From Leptolyngbyaceae cyanobacterium (GTDB taxonomy: Bacteria > Cyanobacteriota > Cyanobacteriia > Phormidesmidales > Phormidesmidaceae), in the NCBI GenBank assembly GCA_965263355.1, contig CBDHHL010000032.1:1856001-1920000 (forward strand): a stretch of DNA of 64,000 nucleotides, written 5' to 3'. Shown here piece by piece: positions 1 through 9,820 of the stretch. Made by a program: the position numbers and the translations under genes. Below the pieces are notes generated by a model. It saw only the letters and a program-made list of their open reading frames with translations, was not told the DNA's origin and did not search any database. How positions within the stretch are numbered: position 1 is the first letter of the stretch; each line of letters starts with the position of its first letter.

Positions 1-1393
1 ACCAGCCATCATCTTCATTGTTGCCTGCAGGCACAAACACCGGTTCATCGGTAAAACTAAGACCGTCTTCCATCCAAATTTGCGACGTTTGGGTTTGCAG
101 ATCCACCTTGAGATAACCGATGGGTGGCGAAGACTTCCCAACACAGTTGCTATAGGTCATGTAAAGATAGCGAATTGCCTGGGTTTCATAGTCAGGATTA
201 GCACAGGGATATTCAATGCAATGGTTATTGAGAACAACCTGGTGCTCTACGGTAGCGCCCTGGGGTTGAATGGTCGTTTGCCAGAGATAGGTGGGTGCGA
301 TCGCATCAAAATCTGGCGCATAGCCCTGCCAGCTACTCAAAAAACCCTGTTCTAACCCCGCCTCTGGCCAACCAGCACTATAAACCACCACAGAGCCATC
401 CGGTTGATCATAGGCGCAAGCCTGGTGAATCGAAAACCAGGGGCTGGTCTCAAAGGTTTGTACCGGTTGCCCTGACATGGCACCACCGGGGCGGGGCACT
501 AAATGTACTCGTGTTGGTTGGTCGGTTTGTAGTTGTAGGCAATCAGCCGGAGACTGGAAACCTAGGATAAACGGCCAGGGATTGAAGGTGAGGCGGTTTT
601 CAAAAAACACATAATACGTTTGGGTCAGGGCAAAATCATGGGGATTTACCTGGGCTCCTGGCATTTGAAACTGGTAGCGGCTATATTCGTGCCATTGTCG
701 GTCATATTCCACGATATCAATGGTTAGCCCCTTAAGCTGGGGAGCCCAATGCCATAGGATAATGCGATCGCGCACCGGATCAATATGGGGATGGGCCGTC
801 GTTGCCCATTGCCCCCGAGCAAAGTGTTGTAGGGTTTTCCAACGGGAGCCTGACAAGGGTGGGATAACCAATTGCCCGTGGGGATTTTCCGCTCCCAGGG
901 TATCAAGGGTATAAGGATCAACCTGATAAGGCAATCCAGCCTCATACATGGCTAGCAGTTTATCCCCCCAGGCCACAGCATTGACATTAGCGGGATTTTT
1001 GAGATAAAGCTCAAACAGATTGTCCTGAGGTTTTCGCGTGCCAAAGGTAGAACGAAACAAAAAGCGATCGGCCTTTTTTTCTTGCACAAACTCTGCCGTT
1101 TGCACAAACCTGGAGTCAAAGAACACGCGTCTATCATCGCGAAAGGCGATTCGACAGAGATAGCCATCGCCATCTAAAAAATGATTAACTCGTTGGTTGC
1201 CCCGTTCAAACCCGCTGGGGCCGTTATGAAACCAGGTAGAGTTTAAGAGCCGCTCTGGTAGTGAACCTTCAATGTCAGTAATTTCGTAGGAAAACTCCGC
1301 TGTTTGTGGGCGAAATGCACCAAACCATGCGTCTTTCTGCCCCTGTCTTAGCCTACTATCACATTTGCCCCAAACAATCTGGTCAGCATTCAC
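1..1393 (-). CDS. Carotenoid cleavage oxygenase (RPE65/CCD family), 3' end beyond the window edge
   Basis: Not in the ORF track; translated by hand from GTG at 1393. Motifs NGPSGF, HFLDGDG, KNPANVN, TAHPHID, PHDFALT, FSIHQA, IEYP and DEPVFVP...EDDGW. Three of the four Fe-binding His are visible. Start codon is uncertain. Confidence 0.9.
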   Translation of the reverse strand, partial: MNADQIVWGKCDSRLRQGQKDAWFGAFRPQTAEFSYEITDIEGSLPERLLNSTWFHNGPSGFERGNQRVNHFLDGDGYLCRIAFRDDRRVFFDSRFVQTAEFVQEKKADRFLFRSTFGTRKPQDNLFELYLKNPANVNAVAWGDKLLAMYEAGLPYQVDPYTLDTLGAENPHGQLVIPPLSGSRWKTLQHFARGQWATTAHPHIDPVRDRIILWHWAPQLKGLTIDIVEYDRQWHEYSRYQFQMPGAQVNPHDFALTQTYYVFFENRLTFNPWPFILGFQSPADCLQLQTDQPTRVHLVPRPGGAMSGQPVQTFETSPWFSIHQACAYDQPDGSVVVYSAGWPEAGLEQGFLSSWQGYAPDFDAIAPTYLWQTTIQPQGATVEHQVVLNNHCIEYPCANPDYETQAIRYLYMTYSNCVGKSSPPIGYLKVDLQTQTSQIWMEDGLSFTDEPVFVPAGNNEDDGW

Positions 1394-1503
1394 AGGTCCC
1401 TGGTCTGTAATCATGGTCAGGCTGGCAGAAAAGAACGGCAGAATATACCTGTACCAGAATAAAATATAGAGCTACCGTAAAGGTATCGATACCATGACCT
1501 TGT

Positions 1504-1842
1504 ATGAAATACTCTATGCTGCCATTACTCCCCAACCATCCCCTGGTGCTTAACGTGCTTAAAGTGCTTTCTTGCATATTAATTGCCGGAGCATTGGCTT
1601 TAGTGGTGGGCAAGCTGAGTGGTATTATCGCCGAGCATACCTTTTTAGAGAGAGTCTTTTGGGTTGGTACAGTAGCCTTGTTGATCCATGCTTTGGAGGG
1701 TATAGTTGCTGGCATTCTGGCTTATCGTTTAAAGGAAAATCCAGTTAAAGCAGGTGTTTATACTTTTTGGACAGGTACTGTAGGTATTACAGAAATTTTG
1801 CAGAGACTTGAAAACAGCCATCAGGTAACAACGGCTGAGTAA
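1504..1842 (+). CDS. Small hypothetical membrane protein
   Basis: 112 aa with 2-3 hydrophobic segments; contains HALEG and YTFWTG. Confidence 0.7.
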   Translation: MKYSMLPLLPNHPLVLNVLKVLSCILIAGALALVVGKLSGIIAEHTFLERVFWVGTVALLIHALEGIVAGILAYRLKENPVKAGVYTFWTGTVGITEILQRLENSHQVTTAE

Positions 1843-1844
1843 CT

Positions 1845-2750
1845 TTATTTCTTTTTCTTAGAGCGATTTTGCTTACGGGCCTGTTTTTGAGTTTGCCGCT
1901 TTTTCTTCCGTTTGGCTTCACCTTTTTTCGGATCCGTAAATCCAAAGGAAAGACCAAGTCCCGCCGGAGCCATCCGTTTCTGTTTTGGCGCATTGCCTTG
2001 AAAGCAAGCCCACCATCCCATTGACTTGATGGCGTCAGTTATAAAGCCATATCTCTGGGCAACTAGCTTCTGCCTAGAACCCTCTGTACCCAAGTCAATT
2101 GCCCTGCCTAAATCCTCCATAGTACTCCATTGAGGAAATATTCTATTTGTCTGGTAATCATAGCGTATCAGCTCTGCCAGTGACTTATGGGGACATAGGT
2201 CCAAACTGTACATGAGTAGTATGTGATAGATGAAATCATCATCATCGTCTGTTTCTTGTCGAAATTTAGGCCATATCTCCTCAAAGTAGTTTAGTACTGA
2301 TTCTCGAGAGATTTCTCCTTCCACTACCAGTACCAACAATGCTCTCATGCTTGCACTGCGAACATATTCATTGACATCTGTGTTTTCGATAGTTTGCTTG
2401 ATCAGCTCCAAATTGCCATCACAAACAGATGCCAGAATATTGCCTAAATCTTCAGTAACTACATCTCCAGTGATATTCATAATGATGTCACCGGGTACTG
2501 AAACAAAGTCAATGATGGGTTGATATGCTTGAGTTTCTCGGAACTGTGCCAGCAAGTAAAGCGTGTAAAGATGGCGAATATAGTCAGGATTTGCATCAAT
2601 TTCTGCCAGCTTCTCTGCACTGGGGGTTATCTCTGTCAGTAGCAGAGGGGTAATTTCTTCTTTTTTGGCAATGGCTTGTTTTAGGGCTTCATGGGGAAAA
2701 TTGCGATCGCAAACTTCCTTTAATGCCTCCATAATAGCCGTTACGTCCAT
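1845..2750 (-). CDS. DUF1186-family protein with basic C-terminal tail
   Basis: LYLLAQFRE, GDVVTEDLGNILAS, NEYVRSA and MGWWACF motifs. Confidence 0.75.
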   Translation of the reverse strand: MDVTAIMEALKEVCDRNFPHEALKQAIAKKEEITPLLLTEITPSAEKLAEIDANPDYIRHLYTLYLLAQFRETQAYQPIIDFVSVPGDIIMNITGDVVTEDLGNILASVCDGNLELIKQTIENTDVNEYVRSASMRALLVLVVEGEISRESVLNYFEEIWPKFRQETDDDDDFIYHILLMYSLDLCPHKSLAELIRYDYQTNRIFPQWSTMEDLGRAIDLGTEGSRQKLVAQRYGFITDAIKSMGWWACFQGNAPKQKRMAPAGLGLSFGFTDPKKGEAKRKKKRQTQKQARKQNRSKKKK

Positions 2751-2874
2751 TGTCTTAATCTTTCAGTGTCTATAAGTTACCGGACTCCTATCCTAAAGTA
2801 TGCGCTTACTTTCAATGCAGTTTTTGTCCATTCATGAGATAAATCGCAACGATTATTCTGGTAGGAAATACTCG

Positions 2875-4116
2875 TTAAGCTAAGCCCTGTTTGTCTAGCT
2901 GCAACAGCGTATGTAACAACACATCTGCCCCCTGTCCACATTGTTCTGGTGAGGTATACTCATCTTCCGCATGGCTCACCCCTGCCTGGCTGGGTACAAA
3001 AATCATTCCCATTTGAGTAAACCGACCAATTTCCTGGGCATCATGAATAGCTCGGCTGGGCATAGAATAATGGCTTAGCTTTAGGGAGTTGCAAACAGTA
3101 GCAATAGTCTCTTGAATCTTAGGGCTGGCCATGGTGGGAGCTACCGCATGTTGTCGTTCTAACTGGATCTGATTGCCCGTAGCTGCTTCGATTTCCTGGC
3201 CCCGTTGTTGTAATACATTTACCATGGCCTCAATGGTTTCCAGGGATAAATCTCGCAGATCAATGGTGAGGTCTACTTGCCCTGGCACAATATTGGCAGC
3301 ATTAGGAGTCACATTTAGATAACCTACGGTAGCTACCTGATCCCCAGGAATATCCACCGCCGCATCATGTACCGCCGCTATTAGCAAAGAGGCTGCATAA
3401 AGGGCATCCTGACGCATATCCATAGGGGTAGTGCCCGCGTGATTAGGACGCCCAGTAATGGTCACTATGTAGCGCTGCAAGCTTACAATGCCCTGAACTA
3501 CACCAATCTGACATTCTCTCGCTTCTAGTACACCACCTTGTTCCACATGCAATTCTAAATAGGCTGCTATATCCTGAGATTTCCTTTGGGCGGTGACCAG
3601 ATTATCCCAGTCTCCACCAATCCGGTGTAAACAGGTTTGAATGGTGTTGCCATCCAGACGACGATAGAATTCTGCATCGCTGTAATGGGCAGTGCCAGCC
3701 ATGGCTTTACTGCCAATCATTTCCCCTTCTTCATCGGTGAATACAATTACTTCAATGGGATGATTAAGGCGTTGTTCAGCCCCATGGAGGGTAGCGACAA
3801 CTTCGATACCAGCAAGCACTCCCAGGGCTCCGTCATAGCGACCACCTGCAGGCACCGTATCAATGTGGGAACCTGTGGCCAGGGCTGGCAAATCTTGGGT
3901 GCCGCTGTAGCGTCCGATAATGTTGCCAGCGGCATCTATGGTGACATCCATATGGACCTCTTCCATAGCGGTAATTATCTGCTGACGAGCAGCCAGGTCT
4001 TCTGGGCTATAGGCCGTACGGCGCACGCCACCACAGGAAAGCTGGCCAATGGTAGCCAGATCGCTTAGTCGTTGTTGGAGTCGAGCGTAATTAGTCTGCA
4101 GTACGGCGGTAACCAT
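2875..4116 (-). CDS. hyuC: Zn-dependent N-carbamoyl-amino acid amidohydrolase (M20 family, HyuC/AllC type)
   Basis: GSHIDTVPAGGRYDGALG, DEEG, ELHVEQG, NHAGTTPM, HDAQ and GVSHAEDE motifs. ATG at 4116 preferred over the TTG at 4128. Confidence 0.85.
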   Translation of the reverse strand: MVTAVLQTNYARLQQRLSDLATIGQLSCGGVRRTAYSPEDLAARQQIITAMEEVHMDVTIDAAGNIIGRYSGTQDLPALATGSHIDTVPAGGRYDGALGVLAGIEVVATLHGAEQRLNHPIEVIVFTDEEGEMIGSKAMAGTAHYSDAEFYRRLDGNTIQTCLHRIGGDWDNLVTAQRKSQDIAAYLELHVEQGGVLEARECQIGVVQGIVSLQRYIVTITGRPNHAGTTPMDMRQDALYAASLLIAAVHDAAVDIPGDQVATVGYLNVTPNAANIVPGQVDLTIDLRDLSLETIEAMVNVLQQRGQEIEAATGNQIQLERQHAVAPTMASPKIQETIATVCNSLKLSHYSMPSRAIHDAQEIGRFTQMGMIFVPSQAGVSHAEDEYTSPEQCGQGADVLLHTLLQLDKQGLA

Positions 4117-4440
4117 AGGGGAGCCCAAAACTTAGGATTTTATAGTGATCGAAAAGAAATTAGAGGATTGTTATTAAAGTTACCTGAGCTGAGACATTGT
4201 AGTCTTGGCAAAGCAAGAAAAAGTTATCCAATTGTCTGTTAGGCAAAATAGCCATAGTCAAAGCTATAGTCAAACCATAAACTTAATTTTTAACAAGCCC
4301 TTAATGCAAGAGTTCTGTGAGAGTATTACAGTTCGTTACTGATTCATCATTGGAAAACCATTAAATGGTGCGTGCTGAACACTTTGTCTAAGGGGAAATG
4401 CTTAAAATTCCAACGGTGGCTTCTACCTAAGGGACCCAGC

Positions 4441-6555
4441 ATGAAACTTATCGGCGTAGATATTGGCGGCACATTCACAGATTTGATCCTGGCGGATGTG
4501 GCTCAACAACAGACCTGGATCCACAAAGTGCCGACAACGGTGGATGATCCCTCCATTGCCATGATTCAGGGAATTGAAACCCTATGTCAGATGGCCCAAG
4601 CGGACTACGGTGATATTGAACATGTGCTCCACGGTACGACCATTGCTACCAATACGTTACTCACCCATGATGGTGCCCGTACAGGTATGGTCACCACGAA
4701 GGGATATCGGGATATTGTTCATATTGGTCGCCACCAGCGCCCCCAGCATTATTCCATCATGCAGGATATTCCCTGGCAGGCGAGACCGCTGGTGAAAAGG
4801 CGCGATCGCAAAGTGGTCTCAGAACGTCTCGACCCCAAAGGCGAAACCCTCACTCCCCTGAATGAAGCCGAAGCCAAAACCGCCATCCTTGAACTCAAAG
4901 AAGCCGGAGTCGAATCCATTGCCATTTGTTTTCTCAACTCCTACTTTGATGCTCGCCACGAAGAACGCGTTGCTGCCATTGCCCAAGAACTCTATCCCGA
5001 AGCCTTCATTACTACCAGTGCCAGTATCTTTCCCCAGTTCCGAGAATTTGAACGGTTCACCACTGCCTGTATAAATGCTTTTGTTGGCCCTAAGGTGAAA
5101 CGGTATATTAACAACCTTAGCCATCGCCTCAAAGAACAATCTGTACGGGGCGAACTACACATCATGCGATCAAACGGTGGGGTAGCCACGGCAGATGTCG
5201 CCGGAGAACAACCTGTTACACTATTGCTATCAGGTTTAGCAGCTGGTGTACTGGGTGGTGCAGCCGCTGGTGCTCAGTCCAAGCGAGATCGACTGATTAC
5301 CTTTGATATGGGCGGCACCAGTACCGACATTGGCATTGTTACCGAGCAAGGCTTTGCCGAGGCCACAGCAAGAGACACCTGGATTGCTGGATATCCCGTC
5401 ATGGTACCTATGATAGATGTTCATACCATTGGTGCTGGTGGCGGTAGCATAGCCTATGTTGATGCTGGCGGAGCATTTCGTGTGGGTCCCCGCAGTGCTG
5501 GTGCTGAACCTGGTCCCATCTGCTACGACAAGAATGGCACCGAAGTAACCGTAACCGATGCCAATGTTGTTCTCAATCGGTTGGACCCAGACTATTTTCT
5601 CGGGGGTGAAATGACCATTTACCCAGAAAAAGCCTTTGCAGCCATGCAGGCTTTAGCAGATCATATGGGTTTGGACCTCCACGAAACCGCAGCCGGAATT
5701 CTCACCATTGTGAATAACAACATGGCCAATGCCATCCGCTCCCGCACCATTCAAAAAGGGCAAGACCCCCGTAAGTTTGCCCTAGTTGCCCAGGGGGGTG
5801 CTGGTCCCCTTCATGCAGCTGAAGTGGCCTTATCCCTTGGTATTCCCGAAGTGATTGTCCCACGCTATCCTGGCATCACCTCTGCCATGGGGCTGCTCAC
5901 TACTGACCTCAAACATGACCTGATTCAAAACGAATTTATCCTTAGCACCGATCCCAATCTGCCCAAACTCAACGCCGATCTACAATCCCTAGAAGCCCAG
6001 GTTAAAGAGCAACTGCGAACCGATGGCTTTAGCGAAACAGACATAGCCCTACAAAGGTTTGCCGACTGTCGCTATGTAGGCCAGGGCTACGAACTACGTG
6101 CTCAAATACCCAATGGAACCCTGGATGAAGCCGCTCTGCAATCCGTCTGGCAACAGTTCCAAGATCTCCACACCGCCGAATATGGCCATGCCTTTCCAGA
6201 AAATACGGTAGAGCTAGTTACCCTCAGAGTCACTGGCACCGGTCCCATGCCTAAACTTTCAGACTTCCCCGCACCTGCTCAGGGAGACCTACAAGATGCC
6301 TGGTTAAAAACAGCCGTTACCTACTTCCGAGTTAACGGCCAGCTAGAGAAATATTCCACCCAATTCTTTGATCGAGACCGACTGCCCATAGGTGTTCAAA
6401 TTGAAGGTCCTGCTTTAATCTTCCAAAAAGACTCCACAATTTTATTACCTCCCCACAGCCGCACCACCGTAGAACCCAATGGCAACCTAGTCATTCGCGT
6501 AACCGACGATTCCTTAATGAATAAAGCTATAGAAATGGCCACTTCTGCCATATAG
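4441..6555 (+). CDS. hyuA: ATP-dependent hydantoinase/oxoprolinase subunit A
   Basis: GVDIGGTFTD, HGTTIATN, FDMGGTSTD, IGAGGGSIA and RYVGQGYEL motifs; ATG at 4441. Confidence 0.92.
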   Translation: MKLIGVDIGGTFTDLILADVAQQQTWIHKVPTTVDDPSIAMIQGIETLCQMAQADYGDIEHVLHGTTIATNTLLTHDGARTGMVTTKGYRDIVHIGRHQRPQHYSIMQDIPWQARPLVKRRDRKVVSERLDPKGETLTPLNEAEAKTAILELKEAGVESIAICFLNSYFDARHEERVAAIAQELYPEAFITTSASIFPQFREFERFTTACINAFVGPKVKRYINNLSHRLKEQSVRGELHIMRSNGGVATADVAGEQPVTLLLSGLAAGVLGGAAAGAQSKRDRLITFDMGGTSTDIGIVTEQGFAEATARDTWIAGYPVMVPMIDVHTIGAGGGSIAYVDAGGAFRVGPRSAGAEPGPICYDKNGTEVTVTDANVVLNRLDPDYFLGGEMTIYPEKAFAAMQALADHMGLDLHETAAGILTIVNNNMANAIRSRTIQKGQDPRKFALVAQGGAGPLHAAEVALSLGIPEVIVPRYPGITSAMGLLTTDLKHDLIQNEFILSTDPNLPKLNADLQSLEAQVKEQLRTDGFSETDIALQRFADCRYVGQGYELRAQIPNGTLDEAALQSVWQQFQDLHTAEYGHAFPENTVELVTLRVTGTGPMPKLSDFPAPAQGDLQDAWLKTAVTYFRVNGQLEKYSTQFFDRDRLPIGVQIEGPALIFQKDSTILLPPHSRTTVEPNGNLVIRVTDDSLMNKAIEMATSAI

Positions 6556-6574
6556 CCGATATGTAATCCCCGCC

Positions 6575-6648
6575 TGGGAGGGGCAACGGGTGGGTCGACC
6601 CTTGGCGCTAGTGATCGAGACTACCCCGTCTGACCAGCGCCCCTCCCA
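6575..6648. repeat. Intercistronic long hairpin (REP-like)
   Basis: TGGGAGGGGC (6575-6584) pairs with GCCCCTCCCA (6639-6648); inner arm ACGGGTGGGTC / GACTACCCCGT. Confidence 0.65.
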
Positions 6649-6712
6649 AGAGAAGATTGAGGCGTACTCCTGATTAAATTCTTTTTCTTTTAACACTGCC
6701 TGGTGACTTCCC

Positions 6713-8512
6713 ATGACCATCTCCCCCACCCCATCCCGCCAACTTCCTAAAATCGATCCTGTCACCGCCCAAGTTATCGCCGGAGCCCTCAATGGCATCG
6801 CCTTAGAAATGGGCCACAAGCTTGCTCGCATGTCCTACTCCAGCATCATTCGTGAGTCCGAGGACTTTGGTGCCGCCGTTCTCGATGCTGACTGTCAGCA
6901 ACTGGCTGAATGCGCCTATAGTACTCCTCTACAGCTTGGTCCTATCCCTGGCTACATGCGGGGCGTCCTCAAAGCCATGGAAGAAGACGGAGAAGAGTTT
7001 TACCCTGGTGATGTAATTTTGCACAATCACGCCTATTATGGTGCTTCCCACGGTCCCGACATTGGTATTGGTATTCCCATTTTTCGAGATGAAGAGCTGA
7101 TTGGCTATTCTTTTACCACGGCTCATCACCTGGATATTGGTTCATCTTCCCCAGGCAGTTGCGGTATTGTCGATGCAGTGGATGCTTTTGCCGAAGGGTT
7201 ACAGTTCAAGGCCGTAAAGATTTACGAGAAAGGTATCAAAAACCGCCAAGTTTGGCGCATGCTACGACAGAACATTCGTAGTGCTCAGGTTGTAGTAGGC
7301 GATATTGAAGCTCAAGTAGCGGCCTGTCGCGTGGGTGAGCAGAGATTTCTAGAACTGGTAGACCAATACGGGTTAGCTATAGTATTAGCTGCCAGCGAAG
7401 TCCTGATGAACTATTCCGAACGGATGATGCGTCAGGCAATTTCAAAGCTACCGGATGGCACTTATTCCGCCGAAGGCTTTATTGATGGCTTTTTGGATGA
7501 TCCGGATCCCAGTAAAAAAGACTTAAAAATTGCCGTTACTGTCACCATTGATGGTAGCGATATGACTATCGACCTGACAGGTACAGCGCCCCAGGTGGAC
7601 GATCGCCCTATTAATATGCCTTTTGTGGGCACCGTGGACATCGCTATTTTTGTTACCTTGCGTTCTGTTTTGCTCGATACGTCTTTGATGGAATATGTGC
7701 CTCAAAATTCTGGTCTGACGCGTCCCATTCATATTGTCGCGCCTAGGGGCTGTTTGGCTAATCCCATTTACCCAGCTCCAGTTATTGCCCGCTGTTGTCC
7801 AGGTAATATTGTCGCTGACACCCTGATGAAAGCCCTAGCCCAGGTTGCTCCTCAAAACGTTAGCGGCGGCATTGGCAATATCAAGGTGGTTTCCTATAGT
7901 GGTGCCTTGGATGAAGACTACTGGGTCTACATGGACATTACAGAGGGCAGCTACGGTGGTCGCTATGGCAAGGATGGCATGGATGGTGTAGATACACTCT
8001 ATGCTAACACTCGCAACAATCCCATCGAAGACATTGAAGCTCATTTGCCCCTGAGAGTAACCCGTTACGAACTGATTGAAGACGCCAGCGGTGCTGGTAA
8101 ATGGCGAGGTGGTCTAGGCTCCATTCGAGATATTCAGTTTCTCTCACCTGGGCAAATGTCTTTGGAAGGAGAAGGTAATAAATATGCACCTTGGGGCATA
8201 TTTGGCGGAGAAGATGGCACACCCGGTGGCGTGCAAATCCTACAGTCAGATAGTGATGAAGTCCAGGTTTTGCCATCTAAGTTCCCTTGTCGTAAGACAA
8301 AACCCGGTGATACTTTACGTACCATTAGTCCCTGCGGTGGTGGCTATGGTAATCCTTTAGAACGTGAGCCAGCCTTGGTTTTGGAAGATGTTCTAGATGG
8401 GTTTCTTACCATTGATTCGGCTCAGCAAGACTATAAGGTAGTGATTGATCCCATTATACTTACAGTTGATGATGCCGCAACAACGTCTCTGCGACAAGCT
8501 CAGGAACTCTAA
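6713..8512 (+). CDS. hyuB: Hydantoinase B/oxoprolinase subunit B
   Basis: DPVTAQVI, SSIIRESEDF, GASHGPD, AHHLDIG, GAGKWRGG and GGGYGNPLER motifs. Confidence 0.92.
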   Translation: MTISPTPSRQLPKIDPVTAQVIAGALNGIALEMGHKLARMSYSSIIRESEDFGAAVLDADCQQLAECAYSTPLQLGPIPGYMRGVLKAMEEDGEEFYPGDVILHNHAYYGASHGPDIGIGIPIFRDEELIGYSFTTAHHLDIGSSSPGSCGIVDAVDAFAEGLQFKAVKIYEKGIKNRQVWRMLRQNIRSAQVVVGDIEAQVAACRVGEQRFLELVDQYGLAIVLAASEVLMNYSERMMRQAISKLPDGTYSAEGFIDGFLDDPDPSKKDLKIAVTVTIDGSDMTIDLTGTAPQVDDRPINMPFVGTVDIAIFVTLRSVLLDTSLMEYVPQNSGLTRPIHIVAPRGCLANPIYPAPVIARCCPGNIVADTLMKALAQVAPQNVSGGIGNIKVVSYSGALDEDYWVYMDITEGSYGGRYGKDGMDGVDTLYANTRNNPIEDIEAHLPLRVTRYELIEDASGAGKWRGGLGSIRDIQFLSPGQMSLEGEGNKYAPWGIFGGEDGTPGGVQILQSDSDEVQVLPSKFPCRKTKPGDTLRTISPCGGGYGNPLEREPALVLEDVLDGFLTIDSAQQDYKVVIDPIILTVDDAATTSLRQAQEL

Positions 8513-8617
8513 CTTTAGTGCAGCTTTCATTAGCACCTTTGTTGGCCAGTAACCATTGGGTTTATTGTCGTTTTCCTCGGTACGTTTTTCGCCCGGCGCG
8601 TTGCCTTCTTAAGAAAT

Positions 8618-8741
8618 TAAGTAGGTAGGCAAAATAACTTACACAAGAACTTTTCAAGGATGACACTTTTGAAAAGGCCCCCAGAATTGGGGGATTTAGG
8701 GGGCTTCCAGGATTTTGAAATTAATTGTGCTTATCTACTTA
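8618..8741. mobile_element. MITE-like short dispersed repeat
   Basis: Imperfect terminal inverted repeats TAAGTAGGTAGGCAAAATAA / TTAATTGTGCTTATCTACTTA enclose the core GCCCCCAGAATTGGGGGATTTAGGGGGC, a type of repeat seen in cyanobacterial intergenic DNA. Confidence 0.65.
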
Positions 8742-8935
8742 CGATATTCCTGAGCCCGTCTCAGCATTTTGGGATTTTCTCATGCCAAGAATCAACAACA
8801 TGCCTATACATTTAGGCTGCAAATCAAGCGTTTCAGCAGCAGTAGAAACATATTATGAAATTATGACAAGTTTTTGTAATCTATTGTAGGCTGTAATCTG
8901 TATATCAGAATACGCGTTTTTGCTAAGACAGCTTG

Positions 8936-9820
8936 ATGGACAATTGGAATGAGATCAAGACAGCCTATCAGGTCGCACGTTTTGGAACTATCAGCGCTGC
9001 AGCAGAAGCATTAGGTGTACATCGCTCAACCGTTATTCGACATATTGATACACTAGAAGCTGTTTTGGGAGCCAAAATTTTTCTGCGTCATGCACGGGGA
9101 TATACGCCAACAGATTTAGGGTTTGATTTGATGCGTGTGGCAAAGGCCACTGATGAACAATTTAGTCGGTTAGTGGAACGGGCAAAGGCAGATACAGCAG
9201 GATTATCCGGTGAATTTATTTTAACATCGTTGTATATCCTCGCACCGTTGGTGATCCCAATCTTGAAGTCCTTTCAAGCCAGCCATCCCAAGGTCATTGT
9301 CCGATATCTGACCGGCGAACGACTTTTTCGGTTGAACTATGCGGAAGCCCATGTTGCTGTAAGAGCCGGTCCCAAACCTGATCTCCCAGACCACATCGTC
9401 CAGCCCTTTATTAAGACAAGGGTAGGATTATATGCTAGTGCTGACTACATTTCCCGTAATGGTACTCCACAAACGTCTGAGGATTTTGTAAATCACTGTT
9501 TTGTAGGTTTTGACAACTTAAATTCTGGTCCACCCTTTAATCTAAATATCTGGATGCGAGAAAACATTCCTGAAACAAATGTTGTTCTTCGAAGTACTGA
9601 TGTACTTGTGTTAGACCATGCAATATTATCGGGCATAGGAATCGGTTTCTATCCGGCTGAAAAAGCCAAACAACATTCTGATTTAATTGAAATCTTACCC
9701 CATCAAAATGAATGGGATGTGCCATTCTGGCTGATCACCCATGCTGACTTACATCGAACTGCTAAAGTACAGGCCTTTCTGAAATTTTTGCAGGAAAAGG
9801 CTAATGAACAAGCTTCTTAA
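8936..9820 (+). CDS. LysR-family transcriptional regulator
   Basis: N-terminal HTH (GTISAAAEALGVHRSTVIRHIDTLE...LFLRHARGY) followed by a substrate-binding domain. Confidence 0.92.
   Translation: MDNWNEIKTAYQVARFGTISAAAEALGVHRSTVIRHIDTLEAVLGAKIFLRHARGYTPTDLGFDLMRVAKATDEQFSRLVERAKADTAGLSGEFILTSLYILAPLVIPILKSFQASHPKVIVRYLTGERLFRLNYAEAHVAVRAGPKPDLPDHIVQPFIKTRVGLYASADYISRNGTPQTSEDFVNHCFVGFDNLNSGPPFNLNIWMRENIPETNVVLRSTDVLVLDHAILSGIGIGFYPAEKAKQHSDLIEILPHQNEWDVPFWLITHADLHRTAKVQAFLKFLQEKANEQAS

Noticed and set aside
80..1173. Five short ORFs in the track
   Set aside because: They overlap the carotenoid oxygenase frame and show no motifs.
4170..4183. NtcA box in the hyu promoter (GTT-N8-TAC)
   Set aside because: One mismatch to consensus and no correctly spaced -10 element.
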